DNA of 64,000 nucleotides from Escherichia coli (GCF_022846255.1 NZ_AP025682.1); one strand, 5' to 3'. Shown: positions 22,443 to 35,133, counted from the stretch's first letter. Made by a program: numbers and translations. Notes: a model not told the origin generated them from the sequence alone.

Positions 22443-23651
22443 TCAGGCTGTCGCCTGAATCATTTCGGTGGGTTCCTGCTTCAACGGGCGGCCTGACTGC
22501 ACCATCTCTCCACAGGCAAGAACGGCGTGCCCCGCCGCTAAAATGTTACGAGCGCCATTTACATCGGCGTTCGCTGTATATCCACATACCTGGCATCTGA
22601 ATTTACTTTGTGACAGGCGGTTCTCTTTCGCTGTATGACCACAGTACGCGCAACGCTGGCTTGTATACGCTGGCGGAACAGCAAGCACCTGACCGCCACG
22701 CCAGAGCTGCTTGTACTCAAGCTGGCGGCGCATTTCATACCAGCCCTGATCCAGTATCGAACGGTTTAAACCTGATTTTGCCCGGACATTGCGCCCCGGC
22801 TGGCTGACCGTACCCGCTGCTGACTTTGACATGTTGCTGACCTTCAAATCCTCAATGACTATCATTGCGTGGTTTTTGCTGACGGCCGTTGTGACTTTGT
22901 GAAGGTAGTCCCTGCGGATATTTGCGATACAGGAATGCAGTCGCTGTATTTTGCGTTTCTGCTTCTGCCAGTTGTTGCTGAATTTGACCTTGCGGCTTAA
23001 CTGTCGCTGAAGTCTCGCCAGCGTCTTCTGGTTTTTCTGAAAACTGTTTACAGGCTCAAAGACTGTGCCATCTGACAGCGTGGCGAGTTTAGCCACGCCA
23101 GCATCCAGCCCGACCATTGATGCTGAAGGGTGAGCCGGAGTGGATACTTCACTTTCTGTCTGAATACTGATGTACCACTTACCGCAGGACTGGCTGACAG
23201 TGACATTTTTCACAACACCCGTGACCTGACGGCTATTCCGGTAGCGCATCCAGCCCAGTTTCGGCAGAAAAATACGGCTGTTTTCCTGATCGAGCTTAAC
23301 GCCCTGCGGGTAGCGGAATGCATCATTCTGTCCCCGCTTTTTGAATCGGGGAAAAGCAGCCCGCTTCCGGAAGAAGTTTTTGTAAGCCCGCTCAAGGTCT
23401 TTCAGTGACTGTTGCAATGGCTGTGAGGGAGAATCTTTAAGCCATTGCGTTTCAGTGGCGTTTTTCCACTCAACCAGCCAGGAAGCCATTTTCCCGTAAG
23501 GGATGTATTTATTACCGGCCTCATGATTCTCATTCTGAAGCGCCAGAGCACGATTGAAAACGAAACGACATGCGCCTGCGAAGCGCCTCATTTCACACTC
23601 CTGTTGACCACCTGGTCTTAACTGGAATTTAAATGCCTGTAATCGTTTCAC
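22443..23651 (-). CDS. insQ: TnpB (IS605 OrfB-family RuvC-like RNA-guided nuclease), 402 aa, apparently intact
   Basis: ORF track; N-terminal KFQLRP...NRALAL, C-terminal zinc-finger CAYCGH...CQVCG and RuvC-like segments. Confidence 0.9.
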   Translation of the reverse strand: MKRLQAFKFQLRPGGQQECEMRRFAGACRFVFNRALALQNENHEAGNKYIPYGKMASWLVEWKNATETQWLKDSPSQPLQQSLKDLERAYKNFFRKRAAFPRFKKRGQNDAFRYPQGVKLDQENSRIFLPKLGWMRYRNSRQVTGVVKNVTVSQSCGKWYISIQTESEVSTPAHPSASMVGLDAGVAKLATLSDGTVFEPVNSFQKNQKTLARLQRQLSRKVKFSNNWQKQKRKIQRLHSCIANIRRDYLHKVTTAVSKNHAMIVIEDLKVSNMSKSAAGTVSQPGRNVRAKSGLNRSILDQGWYEMRRQLEYKQLWRGGQVLAVPPAYTSQRCAYCGHTAKENRLSQSKFRCQVCGYTANADVNGARNILAAGHAVLACGEMVQSGRPLKQEPTEMIQATA

Positions 23652-23658
23652 AGGTCAA

Positions 23659-24164
23659 ATGATACTTTGGTCTGTGAAAAAAGAAACCGATATCCGGCGT
23701 GGAAGGCATTGTGTTTTCCTGATGCATGTTCAGCTGGTCTTTGTCCCAAATACCGACGCCAGATTTTTGACCATGACGCGACAGAAAAACTACGCACTTA
23801 CTATTCAAATGTATGTGCTGATTTTGAAGCTGAACTGGTTGAAATGGATGGCGAACCAGATCACGTCCATTTGTTAATTAACTATCCTCCCAAACTGGCG
23901 ATATCCAGTCTGGTAAACAGCCTCAAAGGCGTATCGGGTAGGTGACTGCGACGAGATCGACCAGATATTGCAGTCAGGTATTACTACAAAGGCGTTTTGT
24001 GGAGTCCTGGCTATTTTGCCAGTAGCTGCGGAGGTGCGCCAATATCCGTCATCCGCCAATACATTGAACAACAGCAAACACCTGGTCAGGTGGAAAACCG
24101 CGCCTTATATCCCCGCCCTGAAGGACGGGGTTTTACGGCGCACCGGATAAAAAGCGCCATCTAA
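23659..24164 (+). pseudogene. IS200/IS605 Y1 (HUH) transposase TnpA, disrupted
   Basis: Motifs split across frames: ...HVQLVFVP then KYRRQIF...DHVHLL...LKGVSGR, in-frame TGA at 23943-23945, then YYKGVLWSPGYFASSCGGAPISVIRQYIEQQ. Confidence 0.7.
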
Positions 24165-24181
24165 CGATGGCGCGTCTGGAA

Positions 24182-24850
24182 CTACTTTTTGTTAACGTCA
24201 AACATGGTGGCATCGGTCGCCATGTCATCAATAACTTGTTTAATATTTTCGAAAGCCATTGGCGTACTTTCGTTATTCAGGTCTTTACCTTCGCCCTGAC
24301 GAACGACTTTGATAACCGGTTTATTAGTCGCTGCATCAATCAGCTCACCTTCAAAATACAAGCGAGTATCCATGGTTCGGTGGCCTGTAGCCATTTGCGT
24401 CCCCGCTACCACTAATGCAACAGGAACCACTTCATAGAATTGCAGCCCTTCTTTACTGGTATCTACACCGGTAATGGCCCCACGGAAAATCAGACTACGC
24501 GGCCCAGCGGTGGTAACCAGTGGTTTACGCTGCGCTATCGCTTCTTTCATTTCGGTGTTGGTATAGTTCAAAATTTTATCCAGAACTTTCTGCCCTACCT
24601 GGGTAGAAGGTTTCGGTACCGGATAATAAGTGATTGGGTTCCAGACGATGCTGTCATATTTGCTTTGATCAAAACTCGGGTCTACCCAACGTAAAACAGG
24701 TTTACCTGTTGCCGAGGTTGTTTCTTTTAAATCAGAGTAATTGTTTAAAAAACCAGAATATTTATCTGGCTGGGTGATTTTAGAGGCACAACCAGACAGA
24801 GCCAACAAGCCGCATAAAGCTGCAACTTTCGCAAATGATGTGGTACGCAT
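24182..24850 (-). CDS. ydcL: lipoprotein YdcL (222 aa)
   Basis: ORF track; lipobox LALSGC. Confidence 0.9.
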   Translation of the reverse strand: MRTTSFAKVAALCGLLALSGCASKITQPDKYSGFLNNYSDLKETTSATGKPVLRWVDPSFDQSKYDSIVWNPITYYPVPKPSTQVGQKVLDKILNYTNTEMKEAIAQRKPLVTTAGPRSLIFRGAITGVDTSKEGLQFYEVVPVALVVAGTQMATGHRTMDTRLYFEGELIDAATNKPVIKVVRQGEGKDLNNESTPMAFENIKQVIDDMATDATMFDVNKK

Positions 24851-25152
24851 GAATAGTTTCCTGAGATGATTATATTACTTTCTAAGTTATAGCAAAAAGC
24901 GCCGCTTCGTGTTGTGGCAAAAAAAGTGTTGGTGAAAATAAATTTTTTAGCCCCTTTTCAGACGACATAGTCAATGCCGAAAAAGGGGCTAAGTCAATCA
25001 TCAGTAGTTAAATTTCAGTAAGTTAAGCGGCTAAAAAACTTCGACTACTGTGATTAATTTCACATCCCTTCGATAAAAAATATGCTTACCGAAAAGAAGA
25101 ACAGTAAACCATCTCAGCGTGGGGAATTTTCACGCGCTTTGTTCTTACCGGA

Positions 25153-25746
25153 TCATTTTTTACGTGCCAGCATCGTGGCGAAACGCAGTTTAATACGATT
25201 ACCGTTGGCGTCGGTGCGGTGCAGTTCGCCGACGTCTTCATTGTATTTCACCATCTCCCAGCCTTCGTAATATCGACGTAATTCCCCCTCTTTGAAGGCA
25301 AACGGGAAGCCGACGGTACATGGATAATCAGCGGTATCCATCGCCGCCACAATCAGGTTGTAACCACCAGGTTTCGTGCAACGTTGCATATTGGCAATCA
25401 GCCCTGGGATGGTTTTAGCCTCAAGGAACATCAGCACCACAGTCGAAAGAATAAAATCGTATTTCCCATCAAATGTGAGGTTATTCAGATCAACGACCCG
25501 GGTGTGTAAATTATCCAGATTTTCAATGGATTTAATGCGCTCGACGTTGGCGATACTCATGGCATTTTTATCCCATGCGTCAACATCATAACCATTGGCT
25601 GCCAGGTAGAGACTGTTACGACCATTGCCACAGCCCAGATCCAGCGTTTTACCCGGTTTAACCACTTTCACCGCTTCCAGTACTTCAGAGTGTGTGCGAG
25701 TTAATTCATATTTATCAGTAAAATAGTTTTCGTCACGAATGATCAT
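25153..25746 (-). CDS. tehB: tellurite methyltransferase TehB (197 aa)
   Basis: ORF track; SAM-methyltransferase motif [11 protein letters not shown]. Confidence 0.93.
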   Translation of the reverse strand: MIIRDENYFTDKYELTRTHSEVLEAVKVVKPGKTLDLGCGNGRNSLYLAANGYDVDAWDKNAMSIANVERIKSIENLDNLHTRVVDLNNLTFDGKYDFILSTVVLMFLEAKTIPGLIANMQRCTKPGGYNLIVAAMDTADYPCTVGFPFAFKEGELRRYYEGWEMVKYNEDVGELHRTDANGNRIKLRFATMLARKK

Positions 25747-26735
25747 TCTTTGTCCTCTGCTTTCATTAAAACGGCGCGCTCGGTTCTGATTAACAATTTT
25801 CCCTGCATCAGAAGCGCAAAAGTACGGATGAGCAGTATTGCAATAATAAAATTGGTAAAGATAAACAGCGGCACCGCCAGCGTATGGAAAAATCCATTAT
25901 CGCTGCTACTCCCCAGATGCAAACCGGTGGTTGCCAGTGCAGATACACCGAACGAGAAACTCCAGAATGAAGCATTAAATGGCTGGGAGAGATACCATGG
26001 CATCAGACGTAGCATAAACAGCAGTTGCAGCAGTCCATAACCGAAAAGCATTTTCGCCAGCGTGTCACCCTCGCCGCCGTTGACGCTCAGCCAGGCACTA
26101 CAGGCCACCAGCGCAGGAGCGAGCTGAATGCCGAGTGATGTCCGCAGTGCCGTGGGTAATTCTCCCGAACTGCGCAGACGCTGCAAGATCACCGGTTCCA
26201 GGCTTAGCCATGAGAAAACGCCTGCGCCTAAAAACACCAGACCGGCGTCGGTGTAGCCCAACGCACCACAGGCCATTGCGCTGATAAAGTTGTTGGCAAC
26301 TGTCGGCAGATACAGTCCAGGCGTGGTAGCTTCTTCAGGGTGAGATCCGCGCCATAATCCCGCAGTTTGCCAGGCGGCATAAGCCAACTGAACCACGACA
26401 CCAAAACTGAACAGGCACACCGCCAGTGGGCGAAACCACGGAACAAAACCAATCGCCACCAGCATCGTCGTTGCCGGAAACAAACTCACAAAACTGCTCA
26501 GCACTGGATGGCGCACTTCTGCCAGCACGCTATGCGGAAAGCGTATGAGTCGGGTAATAAATGCGCCAGTCAATAATCCCCAGATGATCATCGCCAGAAT
26601 CACCAGCCCATCACCCAACCAGTGGCTGACCTGCCAAACCTGGCTGGCATAGCGCCAGGCAAATCCCATCCCTATCGTCCCCAACACAATACCAAAGTAG
26701 CCTGCCGGCAAATTGAGCACTTTATCGCTCTGCAT
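25743..26735 (-). CDS. tehA: tellurite-resistance / dicarboxylate-exporter family membrane protein TehA (330 aa)
   Basis: ORF track 25743..26843; start placed at [19 protein letters not shown] (ATG 26735-26733); overlaps tehB start. Confidence 0.9.
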   Translation of the reverse strand: MQSDKVLNLPAGYFGIVLGTIGMGFAWRYASQVWQVSHWLGDGLVILAMIIWGLLTGAFITRLIRFPHSVLAEVRHPVLSSFVSLFPATTMLVAIGFVPWFRPLAVCLFSFGVVVQLAYAAWQTAGLWRGSHPEEATTPGLYLPTVANNFISAMACGALGYTDAGLVFLGAGVFSWLSLEPVILQRLRSSGELPTALRTSLGIQLAPALVACSAWLSVNGGEGDTLAKMLFGYGLLQLLFMLRLMPWYLSQPFNASFWSFSFGVSALATTGLHLGSSSDNGFFHTLAVPLFIFTNFIIAILLIRTFALLMQGKLLIRTERAVLMKAEDKE

Positions 26736-26858
26736 CTTCTTACTCATTTTGTTTAATTTATAAAGTATATTTGAAATGCATTTTATGGAATTTTCTCGAG
26801 CATAGCCAGAGCCGCAGAATTTGCTACGGTTATAGTAAGTCACCTGTGGGAAAACGCT

Positions 26859-27839
26859 ATGCGTAAATATCGTCTAAGTGAAGAACAGCGAGCCTTTAGT
26901 TATCAGGAAGATGGCACTAAAAAAAGTGTGTTATTACGGCAAATTATCGCCATGAGCGATTTTAACGATGTGATAGCAGGAAGCGCTGGCGGCTGGATCG
27001 ATCGCGAAACGGTGTTAGCACAGGAAGGAAATTGCTGGATTTACGACCAGAATGCTATTGCGTTCGGCGGAACGGTGATTTCCGGGAATACGCGTATCAC
27101 CGGCACCAGCGTGCTGTGGGGAGAGGTTTACGCAACGGATAATGTCTGGATCGATAATAGTGAAATCAGCCAGGGGGCATATATAAGTGACAGCGTCACC
27201 ATTCGTGACTCATTAGTTTGCGGTCAATGTAGAATATTTGGTCACGCCTTAATTGATCAACATTCTATGATCGTCGCCGCACAAGGCTTAACGCCCGAAC
27301 ATCAACTCCTGCTACAAATTTATGATCGCGCGAGGGTTAGCGCCTCGCGTATTGTCCACCAGGCACAAATTTATGACGATGCCGTCGTCCGGTATGCTTT
27401 TATTGAACATCGCGCCGAAGTTTTTGATTTTGCCAGTATTGAAGGTAATGAAGAGAACAACGTCTGGCTATGCGATTGCGCTAAAGTTTACGGTCACGCG
27501 CAGGTGAAATCTGGCATAGAAGAAGATGCCATTCCGACGATTCATTACAGTTCACAGGTGGCGGAATATGCCATTGTGGAAGGTAATTGTGTGTTAAAAC
27601 ATCATGTCTTGATTGGCGGAAATGCCGTGGTACGTGGCGGACCGATTCTGCTCGACGAGCACGTTGTCATACAAGGTGAGAGCCGTATTACAGGTGCGGT
27701 GATAATTGAAAACCATGTGGAGTTAACTGACCACGCCGTCGTTGAAGCCTTTGATGGCGACACGATTCATATCCGTGGTCCAAAAGTCATTAACGGCGAG
27801 GAGCGCATTACGCGAACGCTGCTGGCAGGGTTATTGTGA
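26859..27839 (+). CDS. ydcK: YdcK, hexapeptide-repeat (left-handed beta-helix) protein, 326 aa
   Basis: ORF track; repeated [LIV]-G-x4 hexapeptide pattern. Confidence 0.88.
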   Translation: MRKYRLSEEQRAFSYQEDGTKKSVLLRQIIAMSDFNDVIAGSAGGWIDRETVLAQEGNCWIYDQNAIAFGGTVISGNTRITGTSVLWGEVYATDNVWIDNSEISQGAYISDSVTIRDSLVCGQCRIFGHALIDQHSMIVAAQGLTPEHQLLLQIYDRARVSASRIVHQAQIYDDAVVRYAFIEHRAEVFDFASIEGNEENNVWLCDCAKVYGHAQVKSGIEEDAIPTIHYSSQVAEYAIVEGNCVLKHHVLIGGNAVVRGGPILLDEHVVIQGESRITGAVIIENHVELTDHAVVEAFDGDTIHIRGPKVINGEERITRTLLAGLL

Positions 27840-28370
27840 ATCGATAATACGCGCGTATAAGTTCACATCATCATAGGCATCATTCAGGAACTCAGCCTGT
27901 TTAAGGCAACCTTCAAGGATAAAACCATTGCGCAACGCTACCTGGTTGCTTTGCGGATTGTCCACCCGACATTTGATCACGAAGCGTCTAAGTTCACCAG
28001 ACTGAGCGTAATGATGAATCAATGCCTGCAGCGCCTGAGAAATGATCCCCTGCCCCTGATGAGATTCGTCCAGCCAGTAGCCGATTTCAGCGGTTTTATT
28101 CAGTGGTTCAATACGATTAAACGAGATAACGCCGATAAGTTCATCTTCTTTGAAAATCATGAACATTTTGGCATAGCCGCGTTGATGCAACATTACATTG
28201 CCCTGCACTGTTTTTCGCGTGTCCTCTTCACTTTGAACAAACTGCGGCCAGTTTAGCGACTGCTGTAACCAGGTTCTATTTTTACAGATTAACTGATAAA
28301 GAGGTGTGACATGACTTTCTGCAACAGCATGTAATTCAAGTGATTCGCTTACTTTTATCGTTTCGGTCAT
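27831..28370 (-). CDS. rimL: ribosomal protein L7/L12 serine acetyltransferase RimL (179 aa)
   Basis: ORF track 27831..28385; start placed at [16 protein letters not shown]; GNAT motifs. Confidence 0.9.
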   Translation of the reverse strand: MTETIKVSESLELHAVAESHVTPLYQLICKNRTWLQQSLNWPQFVQSEEDTRKTVQGNVMLHQRGYAKMFMIFKEDELIGVISFNRIEPLNKTAEIGYWLDESHQGQGIISQALQALIHHYAQSGELRRFVIKCRVDNPQSNQVALRNGFILEGCLKQAEFLNDAYDDVNLYARIIDSQ

Positions 28371-28432
28371 CTTATCTCCAGTCAATCCATGCAGTTGTTA
28401 AAAAAGCCGCCTGGCTGGCGGCTTAGGAAAGT

Positions 28433-28657
28433 TTACACCTCTTTGACGCTCTCCTGCTGCAGGATTTTGAGCATCTCATCTTTTAACTGTAGCTTTTGTT
28501 TTTTCATGCGGACCACTTCCGCATTGTACCCTCGACCGTTGGAACCTTCCTTTCTGGCAATTTCATGATCAAGTTTATTGTGTTTATCGAACAAGGACAT
28601 AAAGCGAGGATTTTCGTTTTTCAGACGGGATATTAAATCTCGATATTCTGGAAACAT
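28433..28657 (-). CDS. ydcH: YdcH (DUF465) small protein, 74 aa
   Basis: ORF track 28433..28663; start placed at MFPEYRDLISRL. Confidence 0.85.
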   Translation of the reverse strand: MFPEYRDLISRLKNENPRFMSLFDKHNKLDHEIARKEGSNGRGYNAEVVRMKKQKLQLKDEMLKILQQESVKEV

Positions 28658-28796
28658 ACGCACTCCCTGTTAGTGGCTGACAAGGTGTATCTGAAATACA
28701 CACCATCAGATTACTCATTTAACTTAGGGAAAAATGCGAGCGGGATCGTGTTTAACCAGACGGCACCTCCCGAAGAAGATGCCGAAGAAAAAACGA

Positions 28797-30452
28797 TTAA
28801 CTCATCACGCGGTCATCAACATACTGACGTTTATCCGGCGCTGGCGGGAAATACTGATACAGCCATGTTTCACTGATAGCGTCGCCCTGACAACGCAGAT
28901 ACATCCGCATATCGACCGGATCAGTGGAGTCCGAAGTCGGATACCAGTCAAACTGAATACGATAACCATCAATGGGTTCAATATAGAGAATTTCGATTTG
29001 CTTCGCTTCCCCACTGGAAAGCGTAATCACCGGCTCAATGCCTTTTGGCGCGGCAGCTTTCAGATCACCACCAACGAAATCGACGGCAAAACGACGCGCC
29101 CATTTTTCGGGATAGTGTTCACCTGGAGCCCAACCTTCCGGGAAACCACCCATGCCGGTACGCGTCGCCATAACGCGCGCTAATGGGCAATGAACAGGCG
29201 GTTGCGCACTCCAGTACAGACGATACTGGAATGCAAACTCATCACCCGCTTTTACAGCTTTTTCTGGCTGCCAGAAGCAGACAATGTTATCCAGCGTTTC
29301 GCCCGTTGTTGGGATTTCCATCAGGCCGATGGTGCCCTTACCCCACTTGTTACGCGGTTCCACCCACAGACTTGGGCGTTTGTTATACCAGCCCATAATG
29401 TCCTGATAATGGGAGAAATCACGATCCAGTTGCAATAAACCAAACCCTTTCGGGTTGTTGTCGGTGTAAGCATTGAACTGCAATTTTTGCGGATTGTTCA
29501 GCGGACGACAAATCCACTCGCCGTTGCCCCGCCACATGGACAAACGATCAGAGTCATGGATTTGCGGATGAATGGTGTCGCACATCCGACGTTCATTAGT
29601 ACCGCAGCTGAACATACTGGTCATCGGCGCAATGCCCAGCTGTTTAATGTCTTTGCGCGCATACAGGTGATTTTCCACATCCATAATCACCTGACTTTTC
29701 TCGCAATGGATAGTGAACTTATAGGCACCAGTAATGCTGGCGCTATCGAGCAACGCATAAACGGTAAAGGTGGTTGCCCCCGGTTTTACCGTATCAAACC
29801 AGAAGGCGGTAAAGTCGGGGAACTCTTCTTTACTGTCGGTGTAAGTGTCGATCGCCAGGCCGCGAGCCGATAGACCGTATTGATATGTGTCGTCAACGGC
29901 GCGGAAATAACTCGCACCGAGGAATGATACTACATCACGGCGCGCCAGTTCGGGGGCTTTAAACACGCGAAAACCGGCAAAACCGAGATCGCTTTGCCCT
30001 TCTAATTGTTTGGTATCCACACCCGCATCGTTGTATTTGAACAACTCCGGGCGAAAGTGAATTTCACGCGCCAGATGTGTTGCGGGATCAACAGAAAACA
30101 TACGAACGCGGCGACGGAATCCCATTCCCATATGGAAAAACTGAGCGTCCAGTTGACGGTTCTCAACGTTATGCCAGAGCGATTTTTCGGCGTCGTATTG
30201 AATACTGTTATAAGCCTGCGGCGTCATTGTCGCCAGCGTGTCAGGTAACGGACGCGGCGCACCACGCCACGCTGTTTGCGCTAAGTCGTGCGCCATTGAC
30301 TGTAGAATGGAGAAGTCAAAACGCTGGGTTTGCCCGTCGGCAATATCAGAATCTGCCGCGAATGCCGCCTGAGAAAAAAGAGAAACAATGCCGCTGGTAC
30401 CGCACACGGCGGCCATAGCCATTGAACCTTTAATAAATCGTCTACGATCCAT
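28797..30452 (-). CDS. opgD: glucans biosynthesis protein D (periplasmic, Tat signal), 551 aa
   Basis: ORF track; twin-arginine signal [16 protein letters not shown]; MdoG/MdoD family. Confidence 0.93.
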   Translation of the reverse strand: MDRRRFIKGSMAMAAVCGTSGIVSLFSQAAFAADSDIADGQTQRFDFSILQSMAHDLAQTAWRGAPRPLPDTLATMTPQAYNSIQYDAEKSLWHNVENRQLDAQFFHMGMGFRRRVRMFSVDPATHLAREIHFRPELFKYNDAGVDTKQLEGQSDLGFAGFRVFKAPELARRDVVSFLGASYFRAVDDTYQYGLSARGLAIDTYTDSKEEFPDFTAFWFDTVKPGATTFTVYALLDSASITGAYKFTIHCEKSQVIMDVENHLYARKDIKQLGIAPMTSMFSCGTNERRMCDTIHPQIHDSDRLSMWRGNGEWICRPLNNPQKLQFNAYTDNNPKGFGLLQLDRDFSHYQDIMGWYNKRPSLWVEPRNKWGKGTIGLMEIPTTGETLDNIVCFWQPEKAVKAGDEFAFQYRLYWSAQPPVHCPLARVMATRTGMGGFPEGWAPGEHYPEKWARRFAVDFVGGDLKAAAPKGIEPVITLSSGEAKQIEILYIEPIDGYRIQFDWYPTSDSTDPVDMRMYLRCQGDAISETWLYQYFPPAPDKRQYVDDRVMS

Positions 30453-30676
30453 ACCTGAAAGTGAGTCCTTCTGGTGTTGTGAATGGTCCCGCGCTGGTCG
30501 TTTTCAGCGGCAAGAAAGTGCTTATTTATGACCGCTCACTCTAGACAATATTTATTAATAATCCAATTGTTGAACTGAGAGAATATGCATAAATCGGCAA
30601 TTTTTTTATGTCGATGGGATGAGCCTGATTCGTTTGTAAAATCAGGCAAATTTTTGCAAAGGCGGATGGTCAGAAT

Positions 30677-32020
30677 TTAAAGCAAACCACAGCGACGTTT
30701 ACTGCGTTCTTCCGCTTCCTGATAAAGCTGGAACTCATCCAAAACCGGGCAGCCCAACGCCTGCTCAAATGCTTCGCGACTGGCATTACCGTGACTGCGT
30801 GCCTGCGTTTCATTACCCAGATTTGACTGGAAGATCCCCGCCGCGCTAACGGGCAAGAAATCTTCATAGGTAATGGGTTGCGCCACTACCCAACCACGTT
30901 CAATTAAGGGCTGTGGATCGTCTCCGGGATGAATCGCCTGACGATGCGCCTCACCCGAAGGCGTCAGACGGTACCGGAACCATGCCAACCCTTGCTGACG
31001 CATTAAAAACTCACTGTCAGGAAAAGTGCGGAAGGTTTCCTGTAAATGCATTTGGTGAGTGAGATTATCCTGCCCGGTTCCAGCGTTACGCAGAAGATCA
31101 TCATACAGTTGTCGCCCTTTCGGCGTTAATGCCACACCACGCTGCTCTATTTCACCAAAGCGCGCGGTATGCGTACCCTGTTTCTGCCCTGCAAACAACA
31201 CCGTCTCTTCCAGTGCTTTAAAGCTGGTCTGGCGTAGTAAAATCGGTACCTCGCGGCGCGGCGGCCCTTCGATCAGAATTTTGGGTTCAATCCCGCATTC
31301 AGGCATCATCGACTGCACCCGGTCAATATCCAGCGTACGTGGCGTCAGGTGGTTGATATGGCATCCAGGAAAACAGACCACATCAGCAATCAACCGATGT
31401 TCGTTGTGCAAGGCGCGATAGGTTTCTTCATCTACCGTTGCTGACTGGTGCCAACGAAACGTTTCCAGGGCTTCCTGCACAAACTCCTGTGCCTGTGTTT
31501 CGTTAAAACCGCCCCGCTGCTCATACTCCTCTAACAGTTGTCGACAACGTGGGGTGAAGATATCGCGCTGACGCAGAATCTCCGCCGCTTTCTGGCGCAA
31601 AAATTCGTTCTCGATAAGCTCAAGGCGGAGTAATGAGGTAAAAACGCGGAAGGGATTACGCGCCAGAGAAGCATCATCAATGGGCCGAAATGCTGTGGAA
31701 TGTACCGGCACTCCCGCCTGCGAGAGATCGTAATAGCTCACCGGGTACATCCCCATAATGGTAAACATCCGCCGAAGAGTAGCAAGCTCTTGTGCAGTCC
31801 CAACACGAATCGCCCCATGACGTTCAACATTCAGTCGCGCCAGCTCGTCTGCATTTACCATTTTTTCGTGCAGTTGAGGATTGTTTTCCAGCACAGCCAG
31901 ATTCACATCAGCTACCAGTTCCAGCAGCGTGCCATATTGCGGAACTTCTTGCTGGTACATGGCTGACATTGCCTGCGAAAACTGTTCCCGAATCTCATCC
32001 GCCGTGATGCTGTTCGCCAT
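30677..32020 (-). CDS. ydcJ: YdcJ (DUF1338, metal-dependent dioxygenase-like), 447 aa
   Basis: ORF track; matches YdcJ. Confidence 0.88.
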   Translation of the reverse strand: MANSITADEIREQFSQAMSAMYQQEVPQYGTLLELVADVNLAVLENNPQLHEKMVNADELARLNVERHGAIRVGTAQELATLRRMFTIMGMYPVSYYDLSQAGVPVHSTAFRPIDDASLARNPFRVFTSLLRLELIENEFLRQKAAEILRQRDIFTPRCRQLLEEYEQRGGFNETQAQEFVQEALETFRWHQSATVDEETYRALHNEHRLIADVVCFPGCHINHLTPRTLDIDRVQSMMPECGIEPKILIEGPPRREVPILLRQTSFKALEETVLFAGQKQGTHTARFGEIEQRGVALTPKGRQLYDDLLRNAGTGQDNLTHQMHLQETFRTFPDSEFLMRQQGLAWFRYRLTPSGEAHRQAIHPGDDPQPLIERGWVVAQPITYEDFLPVSAAGIFQSNLGNETQARSHGNASREAFEQALGCPVLDEFQLYQEAEERSKRRCGLL

Positions 32021-32236
32021 AGTGTCTGCCTCCAGTGGTCAGTAATCTGGAGTGTAGGTAACCGCATTCACTCCGGCGGGAAGAATTTACAAACTGTGAT
32101 CTCGCCGCGAAAACATCAATATTATCCATTTTGCTGTAACATAATTGCTTTAATTGTTAATAATATTTTGCAATCAAGTTATCATAATCAAACAACTTCA
32201 CTTGTCAGCGACACCGCTTCGTTTTTAACATCGCTT

Positions 32237-33160
32237 ATGGAAAAAAATAGTCTGTTTAGTCAGCGCATCCGTTTGCGCCACCTTCATACATTCGTAGCTG
32301 TCGCACAACAAGGAACTTTGGGGCGCGCGGCTGAAACCCTTAATTTGAGTCAACCTGCGCTCTCTAAGACATTGAATGAACTGGAGCAGCTGACGGGCGC
32401 TCGCTTGTTTGAGCGTGGTCGTCAGGGGGCGCAACTTACCTTACCCGGCGAACAATTTTTAACGCATGCAGTCAGAGTACTTGACGCCATCAACACTGCC
32501 GGACAGTCGCTTCATCGTAAAGAAGGTCCTAATAATGATATCGTCAGGGTTGGTGCACTACCTACTGCGGCACTAGGGATATTACCTTCGGTTATAGGTC
32601 AGTTTCATCAGCAACAAAAAGAGACGACCTTGCAAGTTGCGACAATGAGTAACCCTATGATTCTGGCGGGTTTAAAAACCGGGGAAATCGATATCGGCAT
32701 TGGTCGGATGTCAGATCCTGAACTGATGAACGGGCTTAATTACGAACTGCTGTTTCTTGAATCGCTGAAGCTGGTTGTCCGCCCTAATCACCCGCTACTT
32801 CAGGAGAACGTAACGCTAAGCCGGGTGCTGGAATGGCCGGTCGTTGTATCACCAGAAGGCACTGCGCCACGCCAGCATTCAGATGCATTAGTGCAGAGCC
32901 AGGGATGTAAAATTCCTTCGGGTTGTATCGAAACGCTGTCTGCTTCGCTATCTCGTCAACTTACGGTTGAATACGACTACGTGTGGTTTGTCCCTTCTGG
33001 CGCTGTAAAAGACGACCTGCGTCATGCCACGCTGGTGGCCCTGCCTGTTCCGGGACATGGTGCAGGCGAACCGATTGGAATACTGACCCGCGTAGATGCG
33101 ACGTTCTCTTCTGGTTGCCAGTTGATGATTAACGCTATTCGAAAATCAATGCCGTTCTGA
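32237..33160 (+). CDS. ydcI: LysR-family transcriptional regulator YdcI (307 aa)
   Basis: ORF track 32096..33160; start placed at MEKNSLFSQRIRLRHLHTFVAVAQQGTLGRAAETL (ATG 32237). Confidence 0.9.
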   Translation: MEKNSLFSQRIRLRHLHTFVAVAQQGTLGRAAETLNLSQPALSKTLNELEQLTGARLFERGRQGAQLTLPGEQFLTHAVRVLDAINTAGQSLHRKEGPNNDIVRVGALPTAALGILPSVIGQFHQQQKETTLQVATMSNPMILAGLKTGEIDIGIGRMSDPELMNGLNYELLFLESLKLVVRPNHPLLQENVTLSRVLEWPVVVSPEGTAPRQHSDALVQSQGCKIPSGCIETLSASLSRQLTVEYDYVWFVPSGAVKDDLRHATLVALPVPGHGAGEPIGILTRVDATFSSGCQLMINAIRKSMPF

Positions 33161-33197
33161 AAGGTGAAGGGATCTGTCGATCCCTCCTTTAACATTT

Positions 33198-34838
33198 TCA
33201 CACCGTAGCGAAACTAACTGGTTCACCCGCTCCGCGAGGTACTGCCGACACGGAATGTTTGTTCAGACGGAATACGTCCACCGCCTCAGTTAATCGTGCA
33301 GCCTGTTCTTCAAGGGACACCGCCGCTGCTGAGGCTTCTTCTACCAGAGAAGCATTCTGTTGCGTCACCTTATCCATTTCAGAAATCGCCTGGCTAACCT
33401 GCGTTATGCCTCTACTTTGTTCATCCGAGGCGGCGGCGATTTCCTGCATGATATGTGTGACACTCGCGACGGCATCAACAATAGTGCTCATGGTTTTCCC
33501 TGCCGTTGCCACCTCATCCGACCCCAGGTCAATTAACCTGACTGATTCACTGATCAAGCCTTCAATCTCTTTCGCCGCCTGAGCGCTGCGGCTTGCGAGT
33601 GTCCGTACTTCGCTGGCGACAACGGCAAATCCACGCCCTTGCTCACCCGCTCGCGCGGCTTCAACGGCAGCATTCAGTGCCAGAATATTCGTCTGGAAAG
33701 CAATACTGTTGATGACGGCGGTGATCTCAGAAATTTTCTTCGAACTCGTGGAGATAGCGCCCATCGTTTTTACTACACCGGAAACCGTCTGCCCGCCATT
33801 GCAGGCTTTAATAGAAGCCTCTTGCGCCAGTTTGCTGGCATGATGCGCGTTATCCGCATTCTGTTTCACCGTCGCAGTGAGTTGCTCCATGCTGGCGGCA
33901 GTTTGTTCAATTGCCGCCGCTTGTTCTTCAGTGCGAGATGAAAGGTCCGCATTGCCAGCGGAAATTTCGCTGGTGCCACGATAAATCTCTTCCGCGCCCT
34001 GTCGAACGGTCCCTACAGTCATCCCCAGTGAATGCTGCATTTGCTGTAAATGACGACTTAAGCGACCGATTTCATTACGACCCGCCGGTTCATCATTCAT
34101 CGTCAGATCGCCACTGGCGATTTTTTCAATCCGTTGTGCGGCATGTTGCAGTGGACGAATGACGATCCGACGTAGCACTATAAATGTTATCAGCGTCATG
34201 ACCAGGGCAAGCACAAACGCGCCAATCATGAACATCCCACCCAGGCGGGTGCGCTGATGGGCCAGTTCCGCCAGTTGGTTGGCTCTGGTGCTACGTATCT
34301 TAACGGCTTTGTTCAAAATATCGGTATAAGCATTATCCAGCGGTCGGATCTGCTCACTTTCATGATTGATAATCGCTTCAAACATGCCATTTTTGGCATA
34401 TTTCAACATCGGTTGCATACCCGTGATATAAGCCTGGAAGCGTTGATTTAATTCAGTGTCGAGGGCTTCATCAGCAGGTGTTTTCACCGACCGATTCTGA
34501 TAAGCACGATAACCTTGCTGCGACTGTTTAATCTCCGATTCGGCTTGCGCAATATTTCGCTTCATTGCTTCCATTTCCGCAATACGACTCGCTGCCCCGG
34601 CCTGAATCATATTGATCCGGGCTGAACGCAAAAAATCTGAACTGTTCGCTAACCCGGTCCGAATCTCAATCTCCGCAGTAACATCACGCTGATCGCGATC
34701 GGCCTGCCAGAGGAAATAGCCAGCCAGAGCAGAACTTAATGCGAATAGAACTAAGATACCGCCAAGAATGCAGGCAAATAACGGAACCAGCCTGATGTGA
34801 TGCAAAAAACCTAATCGCTGTGAGGGAGTTGTATTCAT
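33198..34838 (-). CDS. trg: methyl-accepting chemotaxis protein III (ribose/galactose), 546 aa
   Basis: ORF track; periplasmic sensor, HAMP and highly conserved MCP signalling domain. Confidence 0.93.
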   Translation of the reverse strand: MNTTPSQRLGFLHHIRLVPLFACILGGILVLFALSSALAGYFLWQADRDQRDVTAEIEIRTGLANSSDFLRSARINMIQAGAASRIAEMEAMKRNIAQAESEIKQSQQGYRAYQNRSVKTPADEALDTELNQRFQAYITGMQPMLKYAKNGMFEAIINHESEQIRPLDNAYTDILNKAVKIRSTRANQLAELAHQRTRLGGMFMIGAFVLALVMTLITFIVLRRIVIRPLQHAAQRIEKIASGDLTMNDEPAGRNEIGRLSRHLQQMQHSLGMTVGTVRQGAEEIYRGTSEISAGNADLSSRTEEQAAAIEQTAASMEQLTATVKQNADNAHHASKLAQEASIKACNGGQTVSGVVKTMGAISTSSKKISEITAVINSIAFQTNILALNAAVEAARAGEQGRGFAVVASEVRTLASRSAQAAKEIEGLISESVRLIDLGSDEVATAGKTMSTIVDAVASVTHIMQEIAAASDEQSRGITQVSQAISEMDKVTQQNASLVEEASAAAVSLEEQAARLTEAVDVFRLNKHSVSAVPRGAGEPVSFATV

Positions 34839-35133
34839 TACCGTTGTCTCTCGTCCAGGTTTACTCCTGATAGAAAGTCATCGGCACTTGACGGTAATTA
34901 CTTATGACCAAAAACCTCTTTGCGTCACATTTTTACAACAATTATGGCAGAGAAGAATAATGCCATTGGAATGAAGAGAGTAACGAATGATTAAACTGGC
35001 AAACCCGAATGACGAAAAATTCTGGAAAACAGCACGCAATTTCGTCAGGTGATTATTTTCGTCCCTAAGGAAACCACATAGGATGCTCACGGGTGCCTGA
35101 GACTTTCTGTTTTCAGGCTAACCGGGAATCAGA

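Larger units (their letters stand above)
22404..24170. mobile_element. IS200/IS605-family insertion sequence (IS609-like), about 1.77 kb
   Basis: Divergent tnpB/tnpA pair bounded by two hairpins with identical loop CCCTGAAGGA and covarying stems (CCACG/CGTGG at 22410-22429; CCCCG/CGGGG at 24111-24130); fills the whole ydcO/ydcL intergenic space. Confidence 0.75.
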
